This document shows positions 51,078 through 63,821 of a stretch of 64,000 nt of DNA, piece after piece. A program made the position numbers and the translations under genes. How positions within the stretch are numbered: the stretch's first letter is position 1; each line of letters begins with the position of its first letter. The DNA is from Octopus vulgaris (lineage: Eukaryota), in the NCBI GenBank assembly GCA_951406725.2, contig OX597815.1:178746001-178810000 (forward strand), read 5' to 3'. The notes beneath the pieces were generated by a model that did not search any database, was not told the DNA's origin, and saw only the letters and a list, made by a program, of their open reading frames with translations.

Positions 51078-51937
51078 CAGGGTGAGATGAATATAATTTT
51101 ATCTAAATTACGCAAAAATGAAAATAACACTGACATCTCATTCTAACAGATATATTTACCAAAATTACATAAAAATATCTTGAAACACTAAAGAGTAAAA
51201 TTATTTAATAAAATCGCCATTGGCTTCAACCACAAACTCCAAATGACTTCGGAATATTCTGCAGCTCTTCTGGACGGTCTCCTTGTTTGTTGGTGAATGC
51301 TGCCATAATCCTTGCTTTCAGTTCATCTTTGTTGTTACAAGGAGTTTTGTTGGTCTCTCGCTCAACTACACCCCACACATAATAATCGAGGGGGTTGCAG
51401 ACTTGAGAGTTAGGTGGCCAGATGCTAGGAGTGATGTGGTTGCAGAAATTATCTGTTAACCATGACTGAGTTCTCCTGCTTGTGTGGCATGGTGCAGAGT
51501 CCTGTAGCCAGACATAGGGTCTTCCAGCAGGCTCCCTCTTGACCCAAGGCAGCATTATCTCCTCCAGGCACTTGATGTAGACCTCTGTGTCGAGTGTGAA
51601 GCCATGTGGGAAGATGAATGGAGGCATAACATCACCATCACTAGTGATGACCCTAAACACCATGATTTAGACTAGATGGTTGATTTTTATCACTCTCTGT
51701 ACATGTCCTCAAACTGACACCTAAACACTGAAATGTTCGTATTGGAGCTTCTAGCACAAATGCTAAGCTGTACAGCATGCCGTTTCCAAATTTCTAGCAG
51801 AGTGAATTGCATCATGGTGCTGTTTTTCTCACAGATGGTACTCAACTGACCCTACTATACTGTGTAGTTGACAAAATCAAAAACCAGCAATGTGCAGGCG
51901 CAGAATTACAAATATAAAATGGCAACAATTTACCCTG
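51078..51937 (-). mobile_element. Internally deleted Tc1/mariner DD37D (maT) transposon
   Basis: TA-CAGGGT...ACCCTG-TA ends. ORF 51226-51663 has QDSAPCH...WPPNS..CNPLD with 37 residues between the 2nd and 3rd D. Confidence 0.85.
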
Positions 51938-52171
51938 TATATATATAAAGAATATGAGGGGTATAGTTCACTTGTGATCTAAATGAAGAGGCATGCTGGG
52001 TAAGTGCTATAGTTGGTCAACCATTAGGTTCCAAGATCATAGCTAAGGCTGGATCTAGGGATCTGTGTTAGGGTTCCGTTACAGCATGTATATATTATAT
52101 TAGAGGAAAAATCAAAACCAAAGCAGAATGAGTATCTCAAGAATAATTTAATTAGTGTAAGGTGAATTTGA

Positions 52172-52248
52172 AGTCTTACAGCTGTTTCTGGGATAACCTG
52201 ACTGGTTGGTTAGCATGTCTGTACACTGGGTATTCCGTCGTCAGAGAC
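52172..52248 (-). ncRNA. Type I hammerhead ribozyme (Penelope-type) with intact core
   Basis: Reverse complement reads GTCT-CTGACGA-[CGGAATACC...GGTTATCCCA]-GAAA-CAGCTG-TA|AGAC: stem I GTCT/AGAC, canonical CUGANGA and GAAA, palindromic stem III ACAGCTGT, GUA cleavage triplet. Confidence 0.8.
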
Positions 52249-52406
52249 AAGGTATGAATATTTTAGACAGGGAAAATTTACAGTTTACAAGGAATAAAAT
52301 TCACAGTTTATAAGGAATAAAGCAGAAGAATAAAGTGGTAAAATACATATTTATGTGGAGATGTATAAACAGATATATACATGCATACATATATACATAT
52401 ACATAC

Positions 52407-52443
<37 letters not shown>

Positions 52444-53337
52444 GTATATATGTATAAGTGTATGTATGTACAAATATATGTATGCATGTATATATGTGAG
52501 TTTCACTTTTAATAACAGTTTCACTATGTAAATATTATATACATAGTGGAAGTATTAATAGTGAAACTATTAAAACTGAAATTATTATCTCGCTTGACAA
52601 TAGAAATGTTATTGTTTCACTTTTGACATGTAATACTGAAATAGTATAAGAGATAAGAGATTGTTCCAGGCTCACATGAGGCAAAAAGTTGAACATTTTT
52701 GAGGCCCGTGACACTACATGGACCCTAAGTAAGGCATGTGCAAAATTTGAATGAAATCAGTTGGGTAGTTCTTGAATTTTAGTGATGCACACATACAGAC
52801 AGATAGACAGTCAGACAGACAGACATTCTCAGTTTTATATATATATATAGATTACTCCTAAAAATTGAAAACTTTCATGCACCACAAAAATTACACTTAT
52901 TTACCATGCTTATATTATCCTTACCATCATTTAACGTCTGCTTTCCATATTGGCATATATACCACTTGTGTGAGTGTGTGTGTATGTGTGTGTGCATCTA
53001 AATTTTATTTTTGCTACTTACTGATTAAACGTCTATAAATGAAACTTTAACCCAAAGGGAAGTACTATTTTCTTGTTTTTATTTTCAAAATATGAGGCAC
53101 AACACTGCAAAATGAAAGCAAAGTGAATTATGGTTGACATTTGAAATTATTACTGCATCACTGGTTTTCACTGACACTATACCTTATTCATTCATCCATT
53201 TCAAACAGCACCATGAAATCATTTCAAATTTTAGCTATAGTTATTATATAGTGGAGATGTACTTGTATAGCAAGTGACCTGATCTGAGATCGTGTGCTGA
53301 AACGAAAACAATTGCTGCGTGGAAGGTGTTTATAAGC

Positions 53338-53563
53338 CATTTAAGAAACACACAAAAATCTGTTAGATTCACTTCAACATTTAAATTTAATTTGCCAAAA
53401 TATTTTCATTGCTTTCAGACCGCGACCTGTTCACTGACAAAATCCCATGCAGCATGGAATTTTGTCAGTGAACAGGTCGCGGTCTCAAAGCGCCGAAAAT
53501 ATTTTGACAAATTAAATTTAAATGTTTAAGTGAATCTGATGGTTTTTGTGTGTTTCTTAAATG
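53338..53563. repeat. About 110-bp-arm imperfect palindrome (inverted dimer carrying two hammerhead motifs)
   Basis: catttaagaaacacac...gtgtgtttcttaaatg, centre near 53450. Confidence 0.85.
53461..53511 (+). ncRNA. Minimal type I hammerhead with G3:C8 swapped core
   Basis: TTTGTCA-GTGAACA-GGTCGC(loop)GCGCC-GAAA-ATATT-T|TGACAAA: 7-bp stem I, GUGAACA core (compensatory C3G/G8C), AATATT palindromic stem III. An inverted second copy lies at 53391-53441. Confidence 0.65.
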
Positions 53564-54007
53564 CAATTGTATTATGTAGTGTTTTCTTTTATACTTTAGT
53601 CAAATTTTTTAAGAATAGTTTTTAATAATCTAACTTTACTGCGTCCTCACATTAGTCTGTTGGACTTATTTCCAACACAAAAACTGGCAGAAAAATACTT
53701 TATAATTTAACTCTGGTTATTATAATCATCATATAATTTTTTTCTATCAGCCTTAGTTTAAAATTTGCTTTCATGAGGTAAAATATGTGATATAAAAATC
53801 TCAATTAAATATATATCAGCTTAAGCCAAAAGTTTTTTTAGATTTCCATTGATGATATTTGGCAACTTGTATCTCCAAGTTATATCATTAATTTGATATA
53901 ACTTACAACTTGTTGTCCAGTCTTTGCTGACTTTTTTCTTTTATTTTTTTTTTTCATAAATAACATAAAAATATTGTTCAATCTTTATTTTACAGCTTTG
54001 ATAATTA

Positions 54008-54575
54008 GTGGTGAAATTTTATTGTGGAAAAATAGCATTGAGTGGAAGGGCAGTGGCAAAAGAAATAAATGATGTTGAAGGCTCAGGAACTGTCAACAGA
54101 TGTGTGGTACAAAACTGGTTCAGACATTTTAAGGAAAGAAATACTAGCCTCAAAGACAAAACAAAGTTAAGGAGGGAACCTTCTGTTGTGGAAGATGAGG
54201 CCTTACTTGAAATGGTTGAACAACAGCCAAGCAGAAGCACTCATATGTTGTCAGCAGAACTTGGTCCTTCACAAACCACCTTCTGTTGACACCTTTATGA
54301 ACTCAGCTTTGTGAACAGACACTGTTGAGAAGCTCTTCATGAACTGACCAATGACCAGGCTCTATGACATGTGAATATTTGCAAACAACTGCTGGCAAAT
54401 CCTCAAAATTCCCATTTTTGGCATTGAGTTGTAACTGAGGATGAAAACTGGATCTATTTTCATAATCGTAAAATGAGAAATCAGTGGCTTTATTAGGGCC
54501 AGGCGCCAGAACCTGTTGTCAAACAAGGGCAGTTTGAACAGAAAGTCATGTGTGTTTGGTGGAATTTCATGCATT
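54008..54575 (+). pseudogene. Decayed mariner (SETMAR-like) transposase, N-terminal half
   Basis: HTH region (VQNWFRHFK..SLKD), EALHEL (~WVPHEL), VTEDENWI (first catalytic D), KVMCVWWN; in-frame stops. Confidence 0.8.
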
Positions 54576-55867
54576 CATAGTCTTGCACTTTCTTTGGCAT
54601 TAAAATGTAAGTCAACTTTCTCCATTGAAATATTTATAGAATGTGCACAGGTTTCCGAATGATTTTCACTTTTTCCAATCAATGTACAACCAATTCAAAC
54701 CATAAAACATCTTGTCTCCAATTCAAACCATAAAACATCTTGTCCTTGTGTTGTATGAATCTGTAATCTTCTCCAGTCTGTAATCTTCTCAGTTAACCTG
54801 TTTCAGTCCAAAACAGCTGCAAAGGAATGGAGAGAAGATTCTAGTTTCAATAGCAAAAACACTCTATCACTTTCTCAATTAGCACATACACAAACAATTA
54901 GAATTTTTATCCAAGATGTATAAAAAGTAGTCACAGGAGAAAGTAGAATGGAAATTCTTTTACTCTTTTACTTGTTTCAGTCATTTGACTGTGGCCATGC
55001 TGGAGCATCACCTTTGTAAAAAAAAAAAAAAAATATTACTAAAAACTGATTTGCAATTTTGTCTGATGCTCTGCTCTTTCTGATATGTGTTGTCCTTGAC
55101 CAAGTAAATAAATAAAATACGGGAATTCTTCAAGAGTAGGTGTTTTTTGCTTTGTTTCAGGGCAGGACACTTATTTCCACATTGTGTGAGAAATAGGTTA
55201 TGAGTCCTTTTCCAGAATATTACCAGCAAAAGAGAAATAGCATATCTGGGAGAACTGGAGAGATTTATCTTTTGCTTAATGCTCCAGAAACTTAACTTAA
55301 TCCCTAGTCTGGTGAATCCTTGGAATTTATGAAAAGATTAACTTCCAATGACAGGTTTGACATGTTTTTAGTTAACCAGTTTCATCTTGTTTCCAGTTTG
55401 TGTTTAATATCAATGAAATATTTACTCTGTGAATGTGAACCCATGAATATTCATAAGGTAAATGGTTGCCTAAATTATGTCAATACAGACAGGCAGTTTA
55501 ACAAGTTAATGTGTTCTTAAGGTTATTGTAAACAATCAAATACAATAAGGTTAGCATGTATGTTTACTGAGAACATAGCGTAGTTTTGATCATAATGATT
55601 ACATCTATTGTTTTGTGTCCTTGCTCATGTTACAAGATCAATGTTACCAATGTTTATTCAACAGATGCCATAATCAATCAAAGAGACTCTTGTAAAAGTA
55701 GTTCTTACTTTGTTAACACTTTTTTTTTGTGTGTGAGTGTCTCAGCTTTTACACTAGGTACTCCGTATCCCAGTGTTATAAGAGGCAACAAAAAGAGTAT
55801 CAGGAAGGGCATTTGGCCTCAAGTCCCCTTCAATCAATGCTCGCATGGAAAAGTGGATGTAAAAATA

Positions 55868-56300
55868 TTCATCATCATCATCGTTTAACATCCATTTTCC
55901 GTGCTAGCATGGGTTGGACGGTTCGACCAGGGTCTGGGAAGCCAGGAGGCTGCACCAGGCTCCAGTCCGATCTGGCAGTGTTTCTACAGCTGGATGCCCT
56001 TCCTAACACCAACCACTCTGAGAGTGTAGTGGGTGCTTTTTATGTGCCACCGGCACAGGTGCCAGGGGAGACTGGCAGCATCCACGATTGGTTGGTGCTT
56101 TTTACGTGCCACCGGCACAGAAGCCAGTCAAGGCGGTGCTGGCATCGGCCACGTTCAGATGATGCTTTTTACATACCACCGGCACAGGTATCACAACTAC
56201 AATTTCCATTTGATATTTATTTTGATGTTGATGTACTTGACTCAATAGGTCTCCTCAAGCACAGCAGGTCATGTGCCACCGGCACAGAAGCCAGAGGGCA
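55868..56300 (-). mobile_element. SINE family B
   Basis: Reverse-complement match. Confidence 0.85.
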
Positions 56301-56429
56301 AAGAAACAGGCCTGGAAAGCCTGAAAGGATGATGTAAAAATATTATTTCATTAAAACATTGAAGGCAGGTATAACATGATGTAATTGAGTATCAGAGTCT
56401 AAGTATCATGGATATGAGTGTGTACATGC

Positions 56430-56720
56430 ATGAGGTCTGATCAAAAAGCATTGGGACTGATGCTACAAAAATGAAGACCACCCACACATATCAGTCCAGC
56501 ATTTGATCTTTTTCGAAGTTCTTCACTTCAGAGGCCTCACACTTTATACAGTGTCGTTTCCATTGACAGAAACATTCCTGGAACAACTTTTATGGAATAG
56601 CATGCAGCTGCCTCATCACATTCTCTTGGATTTCTTTGACATTTTGAAAGGACATCTTGTTCCTTTCAATTGCCATTTGATTTTTGGAAAGATTCTTGGG
56701 CATAACAGCCTTCAAGTCTT
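56430..56720. mobile_element. Old mariner-like remnant
   Basis: Begins tgaggtctgatcaaaaag, resembling a mariner terminal repeat; heavily decayed. Confidence 0.35.
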
Positions 56721-56760
56721 TTAGAAATCCAACTATATGATAGACTTATTGGCCATAGAT

Positions 56761-56794
<34 letters not shown>

Positions 56795-56896
56795 TTTCTG
56801 CGCCATGGTCACTGATGGAACCACACTTTACTATTTTTTAAATAAATTTCGAGTTTCATCTTGTAGATAAATGTGACATGTGTCAGTATGTATGCA

Positions 56897-57124
56897 TACC
56901 TATTTCTTTACCACCCACAATACAGAGAGGACAAACAAGAACAGACAAACGGATTAAGTCGATTACATTGACCCCAGTGCGTAACTGGTACTTATCTAAT
57001 CAACCCCGAAAGGATGAAAGGCAAAGTCGACCTCGGCAGAATTTGAACTCAGAACATAGCGGCAGATGAAATACCGCTAAGCACTTCACCCAGCGTGCTA
57101 ACGTTTGTGCCAGCTCGCCGCCTT
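56897..57124 (-). mobile_element. SINE family C
   Basis: Reverse-complement match. Confidence 0.85.
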
Positions 57125-58179
57125 ACCAATTTATTCTTTCACATTAAATTCCAATACATTTGTAATCTACACACTCTGAAAGGTATTTATAAAATATAAA
57201 TATTTCATTAAAAAATACCCAATTTTCTTTAAGTTGAGGAAATAAAAGCCAACTCATGTGAATTTTCTGAAACTCCTCTCCACACCCCTGAAAACGTGTT
57301 TCCACAACAAATTCCAGTATAATCAAAATCTATACGACCAGAAGCATATTTGTAGAAAATTTCACTAAAAAGTATCCATATTTCTGGAAGTTATGAAGAA
57401 ACTAAGTTGTTGGGGCATAGTTGTGTATGTATGCCTCTATTATTTCTTGGCACAAAAGACGTGTTTTTCATGCCCTGTACATATATGTTTCTGTATAGGT
57501 ATTTCGTATCTAAATTGTTATTGTAAGCCAGTCATACAGCTCGACAATCCCACTGCTTTTGTTTATTTACTTCAAAGCAATCCAATCTTTTCCATGTGAC
57601 AGACATCATAATCAGTTGTATTAATTATATAAATAAGTTTGTATGTTGGGGGCAGTGGGTGGGGGTAATTAAGGTAACGTACAGGTTTTGCACGAAGCTC
57701 TTTGTTGTGTGAAGCAACAGCAACAACAGCAATTAATTGTTTTAATTGCTTAAAGTAGGCATTGAGAATGTAGGTCACTGGGATGCCACAAAACTGAAAG
57801 TAACTACAGCAAAATAATTTTTAAAAAAACTGAATTCCGTCCAACCCATGCCAGCATGGAAAGCAGATGTTAAACGACGATGATGACGACATCATCATCA
57901 TCATCATCATCGTTTAACGTCACGTTTTCCATGCTGGTATGGGTTAGATGGTTTGACTGGGGTCTGGGAAGCAAGGAGGCTGCACCAGGCCCCAATCTGA
58001 TCTGGCAATGTTTCTACAGCTGGATGCCTTTCCTAACGCCAACCACTCCGAGAGTGTAGTGGGTGCTTTTTTATGTGCCACTGGCACAGGGGCTAGAGAT
58101 ACGGGCATCGGCTATGTTCGGATGGTGCTTTTTATGTGCTACTGGCACAGGGGTTATCTAACAAGAATGAAATACACTT

Positions 58180-58410
58180 TTACTTATTTCAGTCATTTTG
58201 CCTGCGACCATGCTGGAGCATCACCTTTAGTCAAACAAATCGACCCCCAGCACTTATTCTTTGTAAGCCTAGAAGTACTTATTCTATCAGTCTCTTTTGT
58301 CAAACCACTAAATTTCTGGGACGTAAACACACCAACATGGGTTGTCAAGCAATCATGGGGGTGGGGTACGAACACAGACACACAAATACATACATACATA
58401 CATACATACA

Positions 58411-58471
<61 letters not shown>

Positions 58472-59088
58472 GGTGGGCTTCTTTCAGTTTCCATCTACCA
58501 AATCCACTCACAAGGCTTTGGTTGGCTCGAAGCTATAGCAGAAAACACTTGCCCAAGGTGCCACTCAGTGAGGTTGAACCCAGAACCGTGTGGTTGGAAA
58601 GCAAGCTTCTTACCACACAGCCGCTCCTGCACCTAAATTAAAATTAAATTTCCATTCATCGAACTAATTAAATTTGTGAACATGTTTCCTTCATTGCTGA
58701 ACTCACTTCCCCACATGTGTTAGTGCAAATAGGATGTGAGCAAAACATTGTCTCTCCAACATTGTCATCACAGTTTTTCTTTGCCAACATCTATTTCCTT
58801 TCAAGATTCTCTTTATAAAAACTGCCATCATTAAAATCCAGTGTAGAGAAGGATTAACAGCTTCATAAGTATAAATTTCATCATCTAATCCAGTATATGA
58901 AGCCCAACCATCGAAAATAAAACACATAGGTGCAGGCGTGGCTGTGTGATAAGAAGGTTGCTTCCCAACCACATGGTTCTGGGTTCAATACCACTGAGTG
59001 GCTCTTTGGGCAAATGTCTTCTACTATAGCCTCGGACCGACCAAAGCCTTGTGAGTGGATTTGGAAGACAGAAACTGAAAGAAACCCG

Positions 59089-59136
<48 letters not shown>

Positions 59137-59520
59137 CTGTGTGGTAAGTAGCTTGCTTTCCAGCCACGTGCTCCTGGGTTCAGTCCCCCACTGTGTAGCA
59201 CCTTGGGTAGGTGTCTTCTACTCTAGCCTCTGGATGACCAAAGCTTTATTAGTTGACTTGGTAGATGGAAACTGAAAGAAGCCCATTGTGTATATGTATA
59301 CATATGTGTTTGTGTGTGTTTTTTTGTGTCCGTATTTGTCCTCCCATCACTGCTTGACAACCAGTGTTGGTGTGTTTACATCCCTGTAACTTAGCAGTTC
59401 AGCAAAAGAGACCAATAGAATAAGTACCAGGCTTAAAAAATAAAAGAAAATACTGCGATCGATTCATTCAATAAAAAATTATTCAAAGCACAGTGCTCCA
59501 GCATGGCCACAGTCTAATGA
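58180..59520. mobile_element. Family A SINE cluster (58180-58635 -, 58927-59520 +, two copies)
   Basis: Match to family. Confidence 0.85.
58835..58920 (-). pseudogene. Merlin/ISXO2-like transposase fragment
   Basis: IFDGWASYTGLDDEIYTYEAVNPSLHW resembles the SDxWxAYxxL..GYxHxxVNHS motif. Confidence 0.5.
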
Positions 59521-59879
59521 GATGAAAGATAGACAATAAAAAAGCTCATCAGTAAGAGGCTTATATTGAGGAGATTTAAACTTATTAGAAAATTGCAAAT
59601 GAACAAAACCTCTGTTAATTATACAAAGGACATGAGTTTTCAGCCATTATGGTGCGGAGCATTTCACTGTAGCTTAATCTGTACGGTTCACCGGGTACTG
59701 TGACGTTTTGAGGAGAATTAGAAAATGTTTGGACGTATAGAAAACTGGTTTTTATGCTCCACAATGCTGGTACAAAAATATATTCCTTTGTGGTGAAGTA
59801 TAATGCATGTGACCTTCTCAATTTCAAAATGATTTTAATACATTTTAAATAATGAAACATTTACAAAGCTTTTAGTTGA

Positions 59880-60345
59880 TTGGTTGTTGACATTGACCAA
59901 GGACATCCTGTGGGAGAAGAAGAGAGGGCAGAGAGTGTCTGGCTGTGGTTGATCAGTCTGATGTCTGCTTAGAGGGTTCTTCTGCAGGTTGGGCATTGGT
60001 GGTGTGCTGGGACCAAAAGCAAGGGGTTGGCTCTGGGTTTGCACAGTTTGTGTTTTTTCTGTGTCCCTGCAATCGTGTTCTGTTTGTTGGAGATGGCCCC
60101 TTTGTTGGTTCAGCTTTGCCAGTGAGGGCAGCCTTTTGCTTGCATTTCCCAGATGTTGGTGGGGTTGATCTCAAAACTCTTCTGTGAGGCTTTGGGTATG
60201 TCTTTGAAGCCCCTTTTTCTGTCCACCTTGCATGCACTTGTCTTCTGCCAGTTCACTGCAAAGCAGTCTCTTGAAGAATCAGGTATTCGAACAAGGTGGT
60301 CAGCCAACCTGACTTGCACTCCCCAAGAGAATTACACAAAAAGCT
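59880..60345 (-). pseudogene. RTE/BovB-like LINE 3' end
   Basis: QVRLADHLVRIPD (~QLRWAGHLVRMPD), FKDIPKASQKSFEI..WE, terminal C2H2-like CPTC..H; frameshifted. Confidence 0.8.
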
Positions 60346-60446
60346 AAAGATATGCCATCATATTTTAAGTACCTCTTTCAGTGTGCCAAAGATCAAAGAA
60401 AGTTCAAAATTGTTGACATGAGGTTTCTGCTGCCTATGGCATTGAG

Positions 60447-60670
60447 CCATCATCATCATCATCATTATCATTTAACGTCCATTTTCCATGCTAACATGGG
60501 TTGGACGGTTCAACAAGGGTCTGGGAAGCCAAGAGGCTGCACCAGGCTCCAGTCTGATCTGGCAGTGTTTCTACAGCTGGATGCCCTTCCTAACACCAAC
60601 CACTCCAAGAGTGTAGTGGGTGCTTTTTATGTGCCACCGGCACAGGTGTCAGGCGATGTTGGCAACAGCA
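60447..60670 (-). mobile_element. SINE family B
   Basis: Reverse-complement match. Confidence 0.8.
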
Positions 60671-61241
60671 TCTATTCAAATTTCTTATTTATAGCTTGGT
60701 GGGTTCAACTTATCAATGCTTTTCTATTTAAAAAGCCCCACCAAAACACAACACTTGCTAAGTGTAACACAATCCTGTAAAGGGACTAAAAGTTTTTTCT
60801 TCACGACTGAAACCTAACTAAGTATAGCATTATTTGACAGTGTTTTTGTTAACGACTTCAATGTGGCTGCAATTATCCCTTGCACTCATTTACATCTTAA
60901 TTAAGCTCACAAGATTAACATATTCTTTGTTGCAGACTATAACATTCAGTCACCTCAGCAACTCATAATTAACAAGGCCAGCTGTGACTTGGCAAAACTA
61001 TTGTTATCTCATCAGCACAAGAGATTGACAACATTGATTTCTTTAAAGTTTAGATACAATTAAAAAATTCTGTTGGAATCTCAGATCAATGTCTTATAAA
61101 TTCAAAGTTTTAACTTACAGAGGATATAAATTGTTACGTAAAACAATTAAACAATGCATTTACTATAATACTGGTAAGATAACTCATTTACATATTACAC
61201 ATTAAAGGTAATTATGATAATAATTAAATATAATAATAATC

Positions 61242-61478
61242 AAAGGTGGCAAGCTGGCAGAATCGTTAGCAAGCTGGGCGAAATGCTTAGCGGTATTTGG
61301 TCTGCCGTTACGTTCTGAGTTCAAATTCCGCCGACGTCGACTTTGCCTTTCATCCTTTTGGGGTCGATAAATTAAGTACCAGTTACACACTGGGGTCAAT
61401 ATAATCAACTTAATCCGTTTGTCTGTCCTTGTTTGTCCCCTCTGTGTTTAGCCCCTTGTAGGTAGTAAAGAAATAGGT
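61242..61478 (+). mobile_element. SINE family C
   Basis: Full-length match. Confidence 0.85.
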
Positions 61479-62060
61479 AATCATAATAATAATGTTTAAT
61501 TAGATAGGTAAAATGAAATTGGAAAATTGGAGGTCAGAGGTCTTGGATAATTTGTTTGTCTCGGCTTGTTGTAAAGTCTAGCTACAAAAAAGATAGTTGA
61601 TTTAGTGATTAAGTGATTAAGCCTAAATGAGTCAGAAATGAGATTATGTTAAGATACATCCTTGTTGCTTTTAATTAGTCCCAGGAGACCTATTATTAAT
61701 AGTCTCCATTTCCTTGTTTGGAATTGAGCTGTCTTCTCTCTTTTCCCTGCTCTTCAAAATGATTAAATCACTATTTAACTTTACATGATACACACAAATT
61801 GATCTTCTTTCGGTTTTCCTATGCCTCTGTCCTCACTCTAAGTATCGTATACTAAAACGTTCTCTACTATATCTACTAATCAAGATCTGTTGTACTTTTA
61901 TAACATTGTCAATGTTTTCTTGTTTTCACTAAAGATAAGAAGATTCAAGTTACAAAAGAACTTCTTAATTAATTCAACAGCAAAATTTCCTCAAACCACT
62001 GTCTTTAACCCTTTAAGCATACAGATTATCCTGTCAAACGTTAATCCTTATTTATTCCCA

Positions 62061-62750
62061 TTCATCATCATCATCGTTTAATGTCTGTTTTCTATGCTGG
62101 CATGGGTTGGACGGTTCGACAGAGGTCTGGGAAGCCAGGAGGCTGCACCAGGCTCCAGTCTGATCTGGCAAAGTTTCTACATATGGATGACCTTCCTAAC
62201 GCCAACCACTTCGAGAGTGTAGTGGGTGGTTTTTTACATGCCACCAGCACAGGGGCTAGAGGAGGCTGACATTGACTACAATCGGAAGGTGCTTTTTACA
62301 TGCCACCGGCACAGGGGCCAGAGGAGGCTGACATTGACTACAATCGGATGGTGCTTTTTACATGCCACCGGCACAGGGGCCAGAGGAGGCTGACATTGAC
62401 TACAATCGGATGGTGCTTTTTACATGCCACCGGCACAGGGGCCAGAGGAGGCTGACATTGACCACAATCGGATGGTGCTTTTTACATGCCACCAGCACAG
62501 GGGCCAGAGGGGGCTGACATCGACCATGATCGGATGGTGCTTTTTACGAGCCACCGGCACAGGGGCCAGAGGAGGCTGACATTGACCACAATCGGATGGT
62601 GTTTTTTACGAGCCACCGGCACAGGGGCCAGAGGAGGCTGACATCGACCATGATCGGATGGTGCTTTTTATGAGCCACCGGCACGGAAGCCAGCCAAGGC
62701 AGCACTGGCACCGACTATGATTGGATGGTGCTTTTTATGTGCCACTGGCC
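62061..62750 (-). mobile_element. Family B SINE with an expanded internal 62-bp tandem array
   Basis: atcgga at 62281, 62343 and 62405 (period 62), about 8 units. Confidence 0.9.
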
Positions 62751-63821
62751 CATTGTCTTGAATTAATCACGCACTATCTCTTCTCTTTGAAATTTTGATA
62801 GTGTGATTGTTTATTTTTAGAATGACATTGTAGAGTAAGTGTGAGAGTCCAGATCAGGCCAGTCTGAACATAAGACAGGTTGAATATTTGGACTGGACTT
62901 GGCTGGTTTAAATGCAAAAGGGCCAAACAAAAACTAAACAAACTAATAAAGAAATTTCTAATGTAACCAATTTACCAAATTTCTCTGAGCAATTATTTCC
63001 TACTGTCTATAAAATTGGAATTAAATGTTCTTAGTTCTTATTCTTTGGACTGCATATTCTCCAGTTAAGGCAAGATGGCCATAGCTGGAAAGGCTAATCT
63101 AAATGCTAGAGTACCATCAATCAGTGTTGACTAGGTTTATCTAATAACAATAGAAACTATTATATTGCACTTAATCTGTCCAAATGTCTCCAATACAAGG
63201 AGAGCAGAAGAGCACCAATCCATTAGATGAAAACCGTTGTTGATTTGCAAGAAATGTTACGAGTATTAAGTGGAGAGGAGTTGGCAGAAATGGTAGACTG
63301 CTACACGAAGAAATGTTGTACAGTGTTCATTCATTAGGAGAATTTCTAAAGAGAATCTCCTGCTTGACAGGCAGGCGAGTAATGAAAGGTTGTTAATGAT
63401 AGATGACAACAGAAATGAAGGTAAATATATCTTGAATATGAAATAAGCTATTCAAGGCAACAAAAGGAAGAGGAACAATGGAAATTTATAAATAGATGAG
63501 GATTGCATTGATGAGAGATCAGCAAATGACACTGCTTCGTTTAAAAAAAAATTGATCAGAAGAGCTTAGAAGTAAAGATTAGGCAGCGTTAAAATAAATG
63601 AGTGAAAACAGCTTAGATGGGTTTTTTTTTAAAAAAGCCATAGATATCTAAAGTGTTATGAGGAATTCAGGAAAATTTTCTCCATCATTAATATTAAAGA
63701 ACAAGTTCTAGAAACTAGTGCATGGAATAAACAGGAAGGAATAACAGTGATATCAGAATGGTGCAAGTTATGGAAGGAAAATAGTAAAATATCTTATATC
63801 ATTAGCTGACTGGATGTAAAA

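Noticed and set aside
55008-55320. Possible L1/Tx1 RT remnant (also 44220-44560 and 63200-63800)
   Set aside because: Only vague motif resemblance; too decayed to call without a search.
55729-56337. 202-aa ORF and similar ORFs at 942-1481, 29120-29620, 58008-58636 and 60352-60780
   Set aside because: They lie in SINE families A/B; the same pseudo-peptides (FLQLDALPN, YQIHSQG) recur in every copy.
62228-62750. CRISPR-like appearance of regular repeats
   Set aside because: No unique spacers, eukaryotic context; it is a SINE-internal tandem repeat.
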